Source: a virus
Taxonomy: Duplodnaviria > Heunggongvirae > Uroviricota > Caudoviricetes
Virus record (IMG/VR): IMGVR_UViG_3300050821_018098
Length of the DNA: 64,000 bases
Direction: 5' to 3' (one strand)
Part shown: one piece after another, positions 50,445 through 61,547 of the stretch
Layout: every line of letters starts with the position of its first letter
Numbering within the stretch: the stretch's first letter is position 1
Position numbers and translations under genes: made by a program
The notes under the pieces: generated by a model
Database searches by the model: none
Told to the model about the DNA's origin: nothing
Seen by the model: only the letters and a program-made list of their open reading frames with translations

Positions 50445-51706
50445 ATTTTCTTGTAATACTAATTCTTCCTTTTCAAGTTCTACCTTATTTTGAGCCTCGA
50501 AATAGTACTCCAAATACTTTTCAATTCTATCCGGCTTAAATAGAAGTTTCTTTGTAGCACGATCCCAATAAACATAACTTCTGATTTCTTCACCAGTCAT
50601 ATGAGCAATGATAGGTTTATCCTGTTTAAATTCACCCCATAACCTTTCAATATTACTTCTGTTATCCTTTCTATTGAAACTGTTAATAAACTGAGCTATT
50701 CTTTTGGTAACATTATCAACCTTAGAAGTAAGTACTCTTTGTTCAGTTATAGGTAATTCATATACATCCTTTGGATAAAGACGAACATTTACATAAAGTA
50801 TAAGTTCCTGTTCCCATGTTTCCATGGCTTCAAAAAATTGTTCAAAACTTTTTACATAATTAATCATAATTTATATATCATGATATTAAGCCAAAAATTT
50901 TACTGTTGACTCATATAAAAAATCCAATAATGTTCTCTTCTTAATTATACGGCTCCTTTTAATTTGAAAATTAACTCTTTGTTTAAGAGTCATACCAGTA
51001 TAAGATGTTTTCTTTTTTTCAACTATTAGTTTGGTTTCAGCAACTGTATTACCATTGTTAGGATCGAATGCTGAATTATTATCCCATACAGCATCTCTCC
51101 ATGTATCAGCACTATGGAAAATAGGATCTTGTAATTTAATTGATTCGCTACCTGTTGAGCTAACTAATCTTCTATTACTCCAATCGAGACTCTGTACAAC
51201 ATTATTACAATTTATTAAGTATCGATCAATAATTCCTTGCATACCTTTCAGTATATCATCTTTTAAATCATTAGCCTCTTGTGAATGACTATAAAATAAT
51301 ATTATCATGATAGGCTCATGTTGCATATCAATTCTGTCAGTAACTGTTATTTTGTGTATAAAAGGAAAGCTTTTTAAGAAATTTGTAATGAGATCTTTTA
51401 AAACAGATATATTATCATTTGATATTATAAAACTACCTAAATTAAAATGATACTTGTGTGGTAATAACATTTTTGAAACAAGTTTCAAATCACCAGACTC
51501 AGTAATTTCTGTTTCATAAACACAATAGCCAGCAGCTGTTGTATCTGGTAATTGTATATTTAGTCGAAGACCTTTATGTTGAATTTCTATTTCTCGAATA
51601 GATTCATCTTCTGGTGAAAAGGAGGTGTAGTTATCTATATTTCTGGATAGATCTTCATTAATATAATTGCAAATATGTTCACTATATGTTAAACCTCTTT
51701 CCATAA

Positions 51707-52477
51707 TTATATCTCACGTGTAAGAAGTATAGAACCATTACCAAAATCCATAAAAAGCATTGTAGTAAACATTGTTATTTTCCATTCTTCACTAACTGGT
51801 AAAGACATAAAGAAATCTTTATTATAACAGAAAGAGGACTCTTCCATATCTTCATAAGTACCAACCTTGAGACTATAGGTTCCCTGTTCTTCAATAAAAA
51901 TACTACCTTTTTTAAAAGATATAAATATTCGCTTGTCTTCTGTTCTCACCGAAGATAATTCTTTTAGATCTTTATAATCTTCTTTGTTTAGAGAAAATTC
52001 AATAATAGAATCTTCGCTGTTTCTCATGTCATCTATTGCTGAGAATTGAACATTTTCAGCAGTACTATGTTCACCAGAAGTATAATTGTTTCTTACTTTA
52101 CCATCCCAGGCCGTAATTTTAAATATTGTGTTATGTTGATCCTGAATAAGTATTTTGAGTTTTATTTCCTCTTTACTTCTTTTATAAATTTTGAATTGTT
52201 TATAAAAGTTTTTTGGTAAAAAAATTACAAAATCACTATCAGGAAAGTTTTCTGGAAGATGTTGAAACAAATACTGACTATCAAAAGTGTAGTATTTTAT
52301 AAGTGATAGAACTTCACCTATTTTCTCAGCAGCATATATGAAGGTTTGCTTACCTCCTATTCTGAGCATCAATTCTTCTTCCTTGATCTTAGCAAGATCA
52401 TTGATGGCCTCTAAAATAATTTCTAATTTATCTGCTGAAGTTGTGAGTTTTAACTCTTGGAACATTTCTTTGCTCAT
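51707..52477 (-). CDS. possible DNA polymerase sliding clamp
   Basis: 256 aa with a two-fold alpha/beta pattern reminiscent of gp45/PCNA; no diagnostic motif. Confidence 0.35.
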   Translation of the reverse strand: MSKEMFQELKLTTSADKLEIILEAINDLAKIKEEELMLRIGGKQTFIYAAEKIGEVLSLIKYYTFDSQYLFQHLPENFPDSDFVIFLPKNFYKQFKIYKRSKEEIKLKILIQDQHNTIFKITAWDGKVRNNYTSGEHSTAENVQFSAIDDMRNSEDSIIEFSLNKEDYKDLKELSSVRTEDKRIFISFKKGSIFIEEQGTYSLKVGTYEDMEESSFCYNKDFFMSLPVSEEWKITMFTTMLFMDFGNGSILLTREI

Positions 52478-52526
52478 ACACTATAATGTTTAAGTACTAT
52501 TGATATAGTAAGAACACTATAAAGTT

Positions 52527-53588
52527 TTACAAACTCTTAATTTTATTTATTTGATCGATAGTAAGATTGTTATAATCAACAATAATATTTACATTCAAAA
52601 TAAGATTACCCCGAAGGTCATGTTGAGGATTGTTAATCAATCCTTTATTACTCATCTTCAAACCTTGCCCGTCTTCTATTTTTGCCGGAATATTAATTTC
52701 ATATTCTTTACCATCAAGATGTGTAAATTTAAACTTACCACCAGTAATGGCTGTTTTAAAATCAATATCTATTTTTCTTTGTAAATCACCATTACTACCT
52801 CTTTTGTAAAGATTATGTTCTTTTTCTATAAGTTTTATAAATAATGATCCTTTTTTTCCAAGGTCTGTATAATACTTAGAAAAATGCCCATAATTATGTA
52901 CAGTATATTTTCGTTCACCTTTATGTGAGTATAAAGTTTCTACTGGTATTTTTTCATCTTTTTCACAAACCTTCTCACCTTTACATTTAGCACAAAGTTG
53001 TGTATGGATTCTTCCGCTACCTCTACAGAATCTACATTTAGCACCTTGGAATATTCCTGTTTGTCCACACATTAAACAATCATTACCATCATCAGATAAG
53101 TCAGAACCTGTACCATCACATTTAGTACATACAACATTTCTTTTATAGTTAATATTTAATTTCTCATTACGATAGATATGTTCCAAGGTAACATCAACAG
53201 TCAAATTAATATCAAGTTCTTCAAAAAAACCTTGTGTATCTCTACGTGTTTTAAATGGATCATATTGCCTACTACCTTGTGTAAAACCACTACCAAACAT
53301 TTCATTAATCAAATCTTCAAAGTTTTTATCACCTTGTGGGTATGTACGACCATTTTGATTATAATTATATCCACCAAAATTACCATGAGTTTTCATAGTA
53401 TCATAATTAGATTTCTTTTGTGGATCACCTAATATCGAATATGCTTCATTTATTTCTTTGATCTTTTCTTCAGTACCACCAATATCTGGATGATGTAGTT
53501 TACTTAATCGTCTGAAGGCTTTTTTAATATCCTCCTGAGTACTACTTGAAGTAACTTCAAGAATTTTGTAATAATCTTTATTCTCCAT
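52527..53588 (-). CDS. dnaJ: DnaJ chaperone
   Basis: J domain with HPD, G/F-rich linker, CxxCxGxG zinc-finger repeats, C-terminal GDL/GNL domains. Confidence 0.95.
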   Translation of the reverse strand: MENKDYYKILEVTSSSTQEDIKKAFRRLSKLHHPDIGGTEEKIKEINEAYSILGDPQKKSNYDTMKTHGNFGGYNYNQNGRTYPQGDKNFEDLINEMFGSGFTQGSRQYDPFKTRRDTQGFFEELDINLTVDVTLEHIYRNEKLNINYKRNVVCTKCDGTGSDLSDDGNDCLMCGQTGIFQGAKCRFCRGSGRIHTQLCAKCKGEKVCEKDEKIPVETLYSHKGERKYTVHNYGHFSKYYTDLGKKGSLFIKLIEKEHNLYKRGSNGDLQRKIDIDFKTAITGGKFKFTHLDGKEYEINIPAKIEDGQGLKMSNKGLINNPQHDLRGNLILNVNIIVDYNNLTIDQINKIKSL

Positions 53589-53865
53589 CGGTTTTAGTAT
53601 TGATTTCTTTTTCGAGATCTTTTAGAAAATTTTTACTATCAGAATCCATAGCAATTATAATATCTTGTTTATTAAGAAAGTCCAGCATTTTATTCCGGCC
53701 TACCTCAGCTAACATTGAGTTCAAATGATTAATATCTACGTAAAATCTTTTTTTCATTAAATTTATAATTATATTTTATATACTATTCTTATATAGAAGT
53801 TTGTTAAATTGTTAAAAAAAGCTAATTTTGACGTAAACTTTCATCGATTTAATACTATAAAAATA

Positions 53866-54405
53866 ATGAAACCAAATTTTAAATCTAATTTTAAGTACCA
53901 GAAGAAAGAAAATCCTCATAAAATTGACGATTTTATTAGAGCTACAACTGTAAGACTTGTAGGTGAAGGTACCAGTGATATTGTAGAACTGAGTTATGCA
54001 CTTAAACAAGCTGACAGTTTAAATTTAAATCTTGTTGAGATTAATGGACAAGTAAACCCACCTATTGTTAAAATAATGGATTATAAAAAGTTCCTATATG
54101 AACAGGAGAAAAATAAAAAAAATACTAAAGGTCCTACAACTAAAGAAATTCAGCTAACATCAAATACCGGCCAGAATGATATTGATGTTAAAATGAAGAA
54201 AATTTTAGAATTTTTAGATAAAGGTCATAAGGTTAAAATAGTCATGAAATTTCTGGGTAGAAATATTCAGTTCGTTAGCCGTGGTGAAGAAATGCTTTTA
54301 AGAATGGCTGAGAAACTTGCTGAAGTAGGTAAGATTGAACAGTTACCTAAACTGGAAGGTAAGAATATGCTACTTTATGTGGCTCCTAAACCAAAAAATA
54401 AATAA
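53866..54405 (+). CDS. infC: translation initiation factor IF-3
   Basis: IRATTVRLV, NLVEIN..PPIVKIMDYKKFLYE, KEIQLT..DIDVK, GHKVKIVMKFLGR, PKLEGKNM; ATG at 53866. Confidence 0.95.
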   Translation: MKPNFKSNFKYQKKENPHKIDDFIRATTVRLVGEGTSDIVELSYALKQADSLNLNLVEINGQVNPPIVKIMDYKKFLYEQEKNKKNTKGPTTKEIQLTSNTGQNDIDVKMKKILEFLDKGHKVKIVMKFLGRNIQFVSRGEEMLLRMAEKLAEVGKIEQLPKLEGKNMLLYVAPKPKNK

Positions 54406-57245
54406 TACTGTTCTAATATGGTATTCAATAGAATAGTAAAAAGATCTATAATTCTTCTTGAGAAAAATCCTGGGAATAATTCCGACTATATAATAATCAA
54501 ACGCAAATACGTATTTAAACAGAACTTCTTTTTTGGAAGAACACTGTTACATAAATATGATATTCAAATTAAGTAAAGTAATCCATGATAAAGAAAGAAG
54601 ATGGTTGTATAATTTTAATCTTTAAAAAAATTGTAAAAGGTGTAGCATATATTTATAAAATTAATATTACTTCAAAAAAAGTAAAAGCTATATCAAAAGA
54701 AGGTATTGATATTACTCTTAATTGGAATAATGAAAGATCAAGAATGCGAGAAATGCTTGAAGAAGCCATTATAGAAATGGATGAAATTATAATGAATAAT
54801 AAAAATATTATGTATACAGCAATTTTACAAAAGAATACTTTTGAAGCTGAGAAGGCTGAGAAACATTTAGAAAAGAAAAAAGATATTCTTACAATATTAA
54901 AATCTTATAAATTCTAACATGTCCAGATCTATAAAAGAAACTCCTGTTTTAACTGGTAAAGATGTTGATACATTCTACAAAAATCTCATGGAAAATGTAA
55001 TAATTTTAGAGAATCCCACTAAAGAAGAATTGGAACTAAAGGCTATTACTATAGAAAGAATGAAGAAATCTTATGAAGCCTTGAAATCGATAACAGTTGG
55101 TTTTGAGTTTTAAAAATTTGCCCTCTTGAGTTTTTATAAGCTCAAGCAAGCCTGCAAAATTGGTTGCAGGCAATTTTTTAACCAATAAAAATATCGTTTA
55201 TTCTATTTTTTATTTTAGAAATTTCATCAGCCATCATAGTGTCCATTTCAGAGACCATACCTAAATCAAACGTATACAATTTTATAGTAACTTTATTGTG
55301 GCCATCAAATTCAATAATTGGATAATGATCTTTCCTGTTTGCGAGTTCTAATACATCCTCTATAAACTTTTTCGATTTCTGAAATTTATCAAATTTAAAA
55401 ATAGAAATAAGATATTTACCATCATATAGGAAATCTGAAGGCATTTCTTGATTGGTAATATAAAAAAATACGAAGCCTCCTAATTCCTGTTTAGGATATT
55501 CGGGTGTTAATGACGATATAAGATTTAATTTAGATTCTGGTTCCAAAACCAATACATAATGAAAACCAACTTTAAAAAGAAAAGCTCCTGGGGACATACT
55601 CCTAAGTATAGGATTTATATACCCAAGCTTTAGTACTAAAGATTCAGCATAAGCTTCTAAAGATTCTGGAATTTTAATTGAATTAAATTCTGTAAAACTG
55701 AGAACCACGACAATTAGTTATTTTTAAGTATAGGATTAAATAACCCATAATCAAGAGCCATTGTTATAAAACTAGAAAGTGTTTCTGAATCATAAGCCAT
55801 CAAATCTTGTACATCAGATTCGCCATCTCTTATCTCTCTAAGAAGATGTATAATTTCTGAATTAAGTTCACTAAATCCTAAATTATCAGAACTATCTGAT
55901 ATGTTAACATCATATATGGATTCATCGTCTCCACTATTTTGTTCTTTTATATAATCACTAAATTTTCTCATTGTTGAAATTTGTTTTTTAATCGAGGAAT
56001 TCGATTTTTGTCTCAGTCAAACCTAATAAACCATTTACTGTTTCTTCTTCTTTCTCCTCCACATTAATATTACCTTCATCATCTTTTGTTTGGTGTGTAG
56101 CCTCTTCATCAGCTTTATTTTGTTCGTTATCAATAGTATTTTCACCAACTGCTAAAGATGTAGGAATATTATCTATGACCAAATATTTTTGTAGAATGTA
56201 TTCAACCATTTGCTCGGCAAGTTCTGTATCTGTATATGCTTTATTCACATCATCACCAGTATCTTCATGAACCTTAGCTTTATATTCATCTATGAGATTT
56301 GATGGTACACTAAATGTTGTTTTTACTTTGTATGAACCTTCTACAAGAATTGTTGATTCATAAAGACCTTGTGTTGGTGAAGGTACTTCATCGTCTATAT
56401 GAAATTCTTCAACTTTATCATCTTCTGCGGAATCTACTATATTTGATTTGTTAATATCCGAAATTGTTTTAGCTGTATCATCAATAAATTCTTCCTTCTG
56501 TATGTAAGGATCAATACCATATTCTTCTGTAAGCTCAGTGAGTATACCTGTTAAAGCATTTAATTCATCAGAAATTTTAGTATAAAAATCAGGATCTGAT
56601 AAATCTTTTTTAGAAGAAATTAATCTTGTTTTATTATTAAATGCTGATAAAAAATCCCAGGTGATATCACCTACAGTAAAATCAGGTTCTCTATTTGAGA
56701 AAACGTTATTTAAAATATCAACTAATTCTTTCTTAGATATTCTCTTAACTGGTTGTATAATTTTTGGTGGTGCTATTGTATTTTCAACTAAATGAGTTGT
56801 TTTTGGTGTTACAGGTTTAGTTAAAGCAACTTTAGGTTGAATGTTAGTTTTTGATATCTGTACAGGTTCAACTTTTTTTGGAGCTACTTTATTAGTAGTT
56901 TTTTCACTACCTTTTTTTACGAAATCATCAAATGATAAAACACGATCTAATTTTGTTGACATTATATTGAGTGAAATTTTAGTTATATATCAAATCAATC
57001 CTGAGAATTATCGTTTAGATAATCGAATTCTTCGGTAGCAGGAAATAAATGATAAATTAATGGTGTAGATGGTTCATACATACTGAAATCTCTTATTTCA
57101 GAATCTGGTTTGAAAATTTTGATTAGAACTTCTTTTTCAAGTTTGAAGTTTTCAATCATTTTCTTACCATCAATATAGAAAGCCATCCATTGAATATTGT
57201 TACTATAATCATAACATATTTTTAAAATATACTTCAAGTTATTCA

Positions 57246-57776
57246 TTATTCTTTGATTTTATTTAAGATAGCTCTTACTCTTTTCTTAAGTTTATGTTCG
57301 GTAATTATAGTATAATTAATATTATTATCATCAAGTAATTTTTGTATTTCTATACCTTTAGCGTAGGCCTCTTCTTGGTTTTGTCTTCGACCATGACTTT
57401 GATATTCAAATATAGGAGGTAAGTAGAAATTGTAATTTTCATAATTATCATATTCCTTCCATATAAGATTTTCTAATTCTTTGTAAGGATTTTTAAGATA
57501 AGTAATACCCATAGGGAACGGACTATCAGTTACAATCCAATCAACTTTATCACGAACTCTGTATTGAAGATGTTGTTGTTCTCCAAAAATAAGTATCTGA
57601 TCCGATAAATTACAAAAATTGTTTTCATAGGTTTGTCCTTTAGCATATTCTTCAACATACTCAACTTTAAAACCTTTTACCTTCATATCAGCAGCAAGTC
57701 TCATAGCTAATGTGCTCTTACCCGAGCAGGGAGCCCCATAAATATTAATAACTTTAGTTTTCGACATAATAAACAA
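57246..57776 (-). CDS. NadR-like P-loop ATPase/kinase (AAA_28-like)
   Basis: INIYGAPCSGKSTLA, VEEYAK, IVTDSP, GRRQN. Confidence 0.75.
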   Translation of the reverse strand: MFIMSKTKVINIYGAPCSGKSTLAMRLAADMKVKGFKVEYVEEYAKGQTYENNFCNLSDQILIFGEQQHLQYRVRDKVDWIVTDSPFPMGITYLKNPYKELENLIWKEYDNYENYNFYLPPIFEYQSHGRRQNQEEAYAKGIEIQKLLDDNNINYTIITEHKLKKRVRAILNKIKE

Positions 57777-57854
57777 ATTGTTTGTACTGTTTATATAGAA
57801 ATAGCTGAATTAAGTTGAACATATATTGATATATAATTGAAATATTTACCTTAT

Positions 57855-59198
57855 ATGTCTGAACTAAAATATTTTCAGAATCTAAATGATTTCCTCTTAG
57901 AAGAGAACACTTATAAAATTAATCCTAAAGTACATGCTGAGGAATTAGTAATGATCCTAGGTAAAAGCATAGGTGAAGTAAATAATTTATATAAGGCTTT
58001 AGAAGTTATTAATCGTTTCAATCCAAAGATGGTTTTAAAAGCAAAAGATCAAGATACACTTTCATTTGAACCTATCATACACTGGTTATCTAATTTTAAT
58101 GATAATAACAGAAGAAAAATATTAACCTGGTTCAGAGATAATAAAGATAAACACAAAAGACTTATAAGACTATTCGATATGATTGATACCCTTGATGGGT
58201 TTATTGTATACTACAATCAAAACTTTACAGGTGAACATAAGATAGATTTATTCGAAGGTCTTCAATTACATAATATACAAAATGGTAAATTACTTATATC
58301 CTGGATGGTTCCTAATACAGAAATAAATTCTGATAACTATTATTACGATATTGGTATAGGAGATAGAAAAATAGAAGTAAAGGATTTCACAAAAAGAAAA
58401 ACTCCCTTAGAAGAAATAAAAATTCAGCTGGCAGAGAAAACTAAAATCAGTAGATATGAGTTTTGGTCTGAAATGGATTGGTCCATATTACAATTAAGAC
58501 AAATCAAACCAGAACTTATAGCGTTAAAAGAAGAGTTAGAAAGTGAACAATGGAAATCAGATGAAAATGATATTCTTCGTAAATTTTTGAAATACGCTTT
58601 TGAAGTACTTGATGAACAATTCCTACAAGATTTTGAAGCTGGTAATTTTGAAAACACAGCTTCTTGGGAGCGAATGTATAACTTATTCATTAGTGGAAAC
58701 AATCTATTAAAGTTCAAAAAAAGTAAACCTGGTGAAGGTATTTACGATTACGTTAAATTCATAAGTTCTTCAAGAGACAATAAACCTATGTTGTTTGATG
58801 TTGAACCGGTGGAAATAAAAACAGATGAAAATGATATTCCAGAAGAGATTACTCTAAAAATAAGAGAAAAATCAGAGTTAGAAAAAAAGATATCCTATCT
58901 AAGAGTTAAGATATTGAAATTTAAGTATGCTAGAAATCCTGTAGACTGGATTAGAGATATATTAGCTGCCGAACAGTCCATAAGAAATTTCGCTAAAAAA
59001 ATTAATATACTTATCGTTACACAAAGCGGTATAAAACTTATCACTGGCCAGGGTAATCAAAATCTTATTTTTAATACTGTAGGTAATGAAAAAGTTAAAG
59101 TAAGTTATCTTGGTGAAGAACCTAAAGAAGACTTATCAAATTATAAAAATGGTATATTAAGTCAACCATTCATGAAAAATATTTGGGCTCACAGATAA
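57855..59198 (+). CDS. possible PD-(D/E)xK nuclease
   Basis: YYDIGIGDRKIEVKDF; ATG at 57855 (track uses TTG 57837). Confidence 0.4.
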   Translation: MSELKYFQNLNDFLLEENTYKINPKVHAEELVMILGKSIGEVNNLYKALEVINRFNPKMVLKAKDQDTLSFEPIIHWLSNFNDNNRRKILTWFRDNKDKHKRLIRLFDMIDTLDGFIVYYNQNFTGEHKIDLFEGLQLHNIQNGKLLISWMVPNTEINSDNYYYDIGIGDRKIEVKDFTKRKTPLEEIKIQLAEKTKISRYEFWSEMDWSILQLRQIKPELIALKEELESEQWKSDENDILRKFLKYAFEVLDEQFLQDFEAGNFENTASWERMYNLFISGNNLLKFKKSKPGEGIYDYVKFISSSRDNKPMLFDVEPVEIKTDENDIPEEITLKIREKSELEKKISYLRVKILKFKYARNPVDWIRDILAAEQSIRNFAKKINILIVTQSGIKLITGQGNQNLIFNTVGNEKVKVSYLGEEPKEDLSNYKNGILSQPFMKNIWAHR

Positions 59199-59723
59199 TG
59201 GAAAATATTTTAGAAGCATTTGGAATGAAGGATATCGAAGTAAAGAATAACATAAAAGCATTCTTCTCTATCTTTCATGATCTTAAATATAAGCTCGAGG
59301 AAACACCTAAAAGATTAAGAGTATATCTGAAACATGATGATTTCACAATTCTATCTGTTGCTGGACTGATTAAATTTTATTTTAAGAGAGTAGAAAACTG
59401 TGATATTATTTTCATATACAATAAGAAAGAGAAGTGTTTAAAATTTCCTTTAAAACAAAATATAAGTTTTCAAGATCCTAAAAGAAATAATTATTATGGT
59501 GTTTATGAACCTAATGGTTTCGATGAATCAAAAGCTAAAGAAATTAGATTAAGTGAATTCTTGAAACACAATAGATTAGATGTTGATTTTCTTGTTAATC
59601 TTGCTGAGTTTCCAGAAGACTTTGAATTTTACAAACAAGTAATATCACTCAAGAAAACTATTTATTATTATAGTTATCAGGGTATTGAAACATTTTACGT
59701 TTGATAAACATTACTTATAAACA

Positions 59724-60329
59724 TTGCCTAAAAATGATCTTAATATGAAAAACATAGTAACAGAGCAATTAGAATCTCTTGAAGTAATTATTGATCCGGT
59801 TTATTTAAAACAAATTTACAAGAAAATAAGAAAGAGTTTATCCATTGATAAAGTTTATCATTCTATCAGGACTGCCTCCTACGCAATTGAATTTACTAAT
59901 AGTCCAGATGCTATCATTGTGGCCCTCTGTCATGATTATCTTGAAGCTGGTGGTTCCTTATTAAAACTTGATGTGTCTGACAGAATAAAAGAATTGTTAA
60001 TGTGTCTCACAATAGAAAAATATTTTAACGAATATGATAATCCTTCTCTTTGTTGTTTACATTATAAAATACCTCGATTACCAACAGATATGAAAAAAGA
60101 TTTAATATATGCTAAAATTTCAGATAGGTTAGATAATTGCATTATGAAAGCTAACATTGGTATTCTTAAGGATAACTATATTGAAAAGACAAAAAATCTT
60201 TTGTTCATGCTTTATAATAATTTTCCTAATAATAAAACGGATCTAAGAGAAAAAATTCTTGAAAAATTTATACCTATAAATCCAGGTTTCATTGAACTTA
60301 ATAAAATTCTATTTGCTTTCAATAACTAA
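59724..60329 (+). CDS. HD-domain hydrolase, Mesh1/SpoT-like
   Basis: YHSIRTA, VALCHDYLE, CLT, AKISDRLDNC. Confidence 0.7.
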   Translation: MPKNDLNMKNIVTEQLESLEVIIDPVYLKQIYKKIRKSLSIDKVYHSIRTASYAIEFTNSPDAIIVALCHDYLEAGGSLLKLDVSDRIKELLMCLTIEKYFNEYDNPSLCCLHYKIPRLPTDMKKDLIYAKISDRLDNCIMKANIGILKDNYIEKTKNLLFMLYNNFPNNKTDLREKILEKFIPINPGFIELNKILFAFNN

Positions 60330-60686
60330 AAATTTGCTCAATAACATTAGTAATGATATTGAGCAAATATAGTGATATTACTTAATATTTCGCTTCACCC
60401 TTTCTAAAAGAATTTCATAAATTAAATCCTCAGCATTGTTTTTATCATCAGGTACTTTTGTTGATACAGTAAAATATTCAATAACCGACTCGTTAAATTC
60501 TTTACAAAACTCATCATATGTAAAATAATTTGTAACACCATATTCATTATAAATCAAAATATTAGTTTCTAGTTGGCACATTTGCCATTCTGTAAACTGA
60601 TCCATATAAGAATCATCTTGTATCTTTAGTACTTCTTGTAATTTAGTTTCCATACTTAGATATATAAATAAAGTATTAGAAAGTTT

Positions 60687-61061
60687 ATGAAGAAGAGCTA
60701 CGTAAAAAAATATAATGAATTTTTAAAGGAAGATGCCGGATGTGGATATGCTACACAAGGATCTTCAACTGGTATGGGTGCTGTAGTATCTCCAGGAATT
60801 AATACTGTTCCTGGTGTTCCTGGATCAGCTGGTTCAGGAGATTTCGGTTCACCCTTTTTACCAACAGCAGCTCTTAAGAATACAATTTATAAACCTAAAA
60901 TGACAGACCGTCAAGGATCTAAAAGATATCGTGGAAAAGAAAAAGCTATTAATCAGCTTAAGTCATTATCAAAAACTAGAAAAACAGCAAGTTCGAGAGT
61001 TAAAGATAACGAACCATCAGCTGTAAAAAGTTTTTCTGATTTTATTAATGATTTTAAATAA
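60687..61061 (+). CDS. small protein carrying a copy of the MCP N-arm
   Basis: TGMGAVVSPG and AGSGDFG shared with MCP; capsid-targeting-like motif at both ends. Confidence 0.75.
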   Translation: MKKSYVKKYNEFLKEDAGCGYATQGSSTGMGAVVSPGINTVPGVPGSAGSGDFGSPFLPTAALKNTIYKPKMTDRQGSKRYRGKEKAINQLKSLSKTRKTASSRVKDNEPSAVKSFSDFINDFK

Positions 61062-61079
61062 TATTTTTGAACTATTCAT

Positions 61080-61544
61080 ATGGGAAAATATGTAAAAACA
61101 TTTGAGAATTTTATAAATGATGGTAAACAGATTGGTGACTATTTTTTAACAAACACAGATTATAAAAAACTTATAGATGAAGGATATGGACCTGATGAAG
61201 ACGAAATCGATAATTACCTTAACACACTTAACAATTATTATAATAACGGTGGAAAAATTAGAAGAATTATTTTTTCATCTAAAGTTAATAAAAACTTAGG
61301 TCATCACTGGACACATATGAATAATGATATTGATAATTACATTCAAGATTTATTCGACTTTTTACATGATGAAGGAAAAGTTACGGATAATCCACCTATA
61401 ACTATAATAGAAGCAATAACACCACCACATAATGTAGGTGTTAAATACTCACTTGAACAATATCAAAATAATCCTTGGGAAGAAGAAATTTACATTAAAA
61501 ACTCCAAACTATTAAAAGAAGTAAAAATTAGAAAGATTAAATAA
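61080..61544 (+). CDS. ART-like protein with capsid-targeting-like N-terminus
   Basis: MGKYVKTFENF; IRRIIF, LGHHWT, EEEIY (R...ExE pattern). Confidence 0.45.
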   Translation: MGKYVKTFENFINDGKQIGDYFLTNTDYKKLIDEGYGPDEDEIDNYLNTLNNYYNNGGKIRRIIFSSKVNKNLGHHWTHMNNDIDNYIQDLFDFLHDEGKVTDNPPITIIEAITPPHNVGVKYSLEQYQNNPWEEEIYIKNSKLLKEVKIRKIK

Positions 61545-61547
61545 GAA

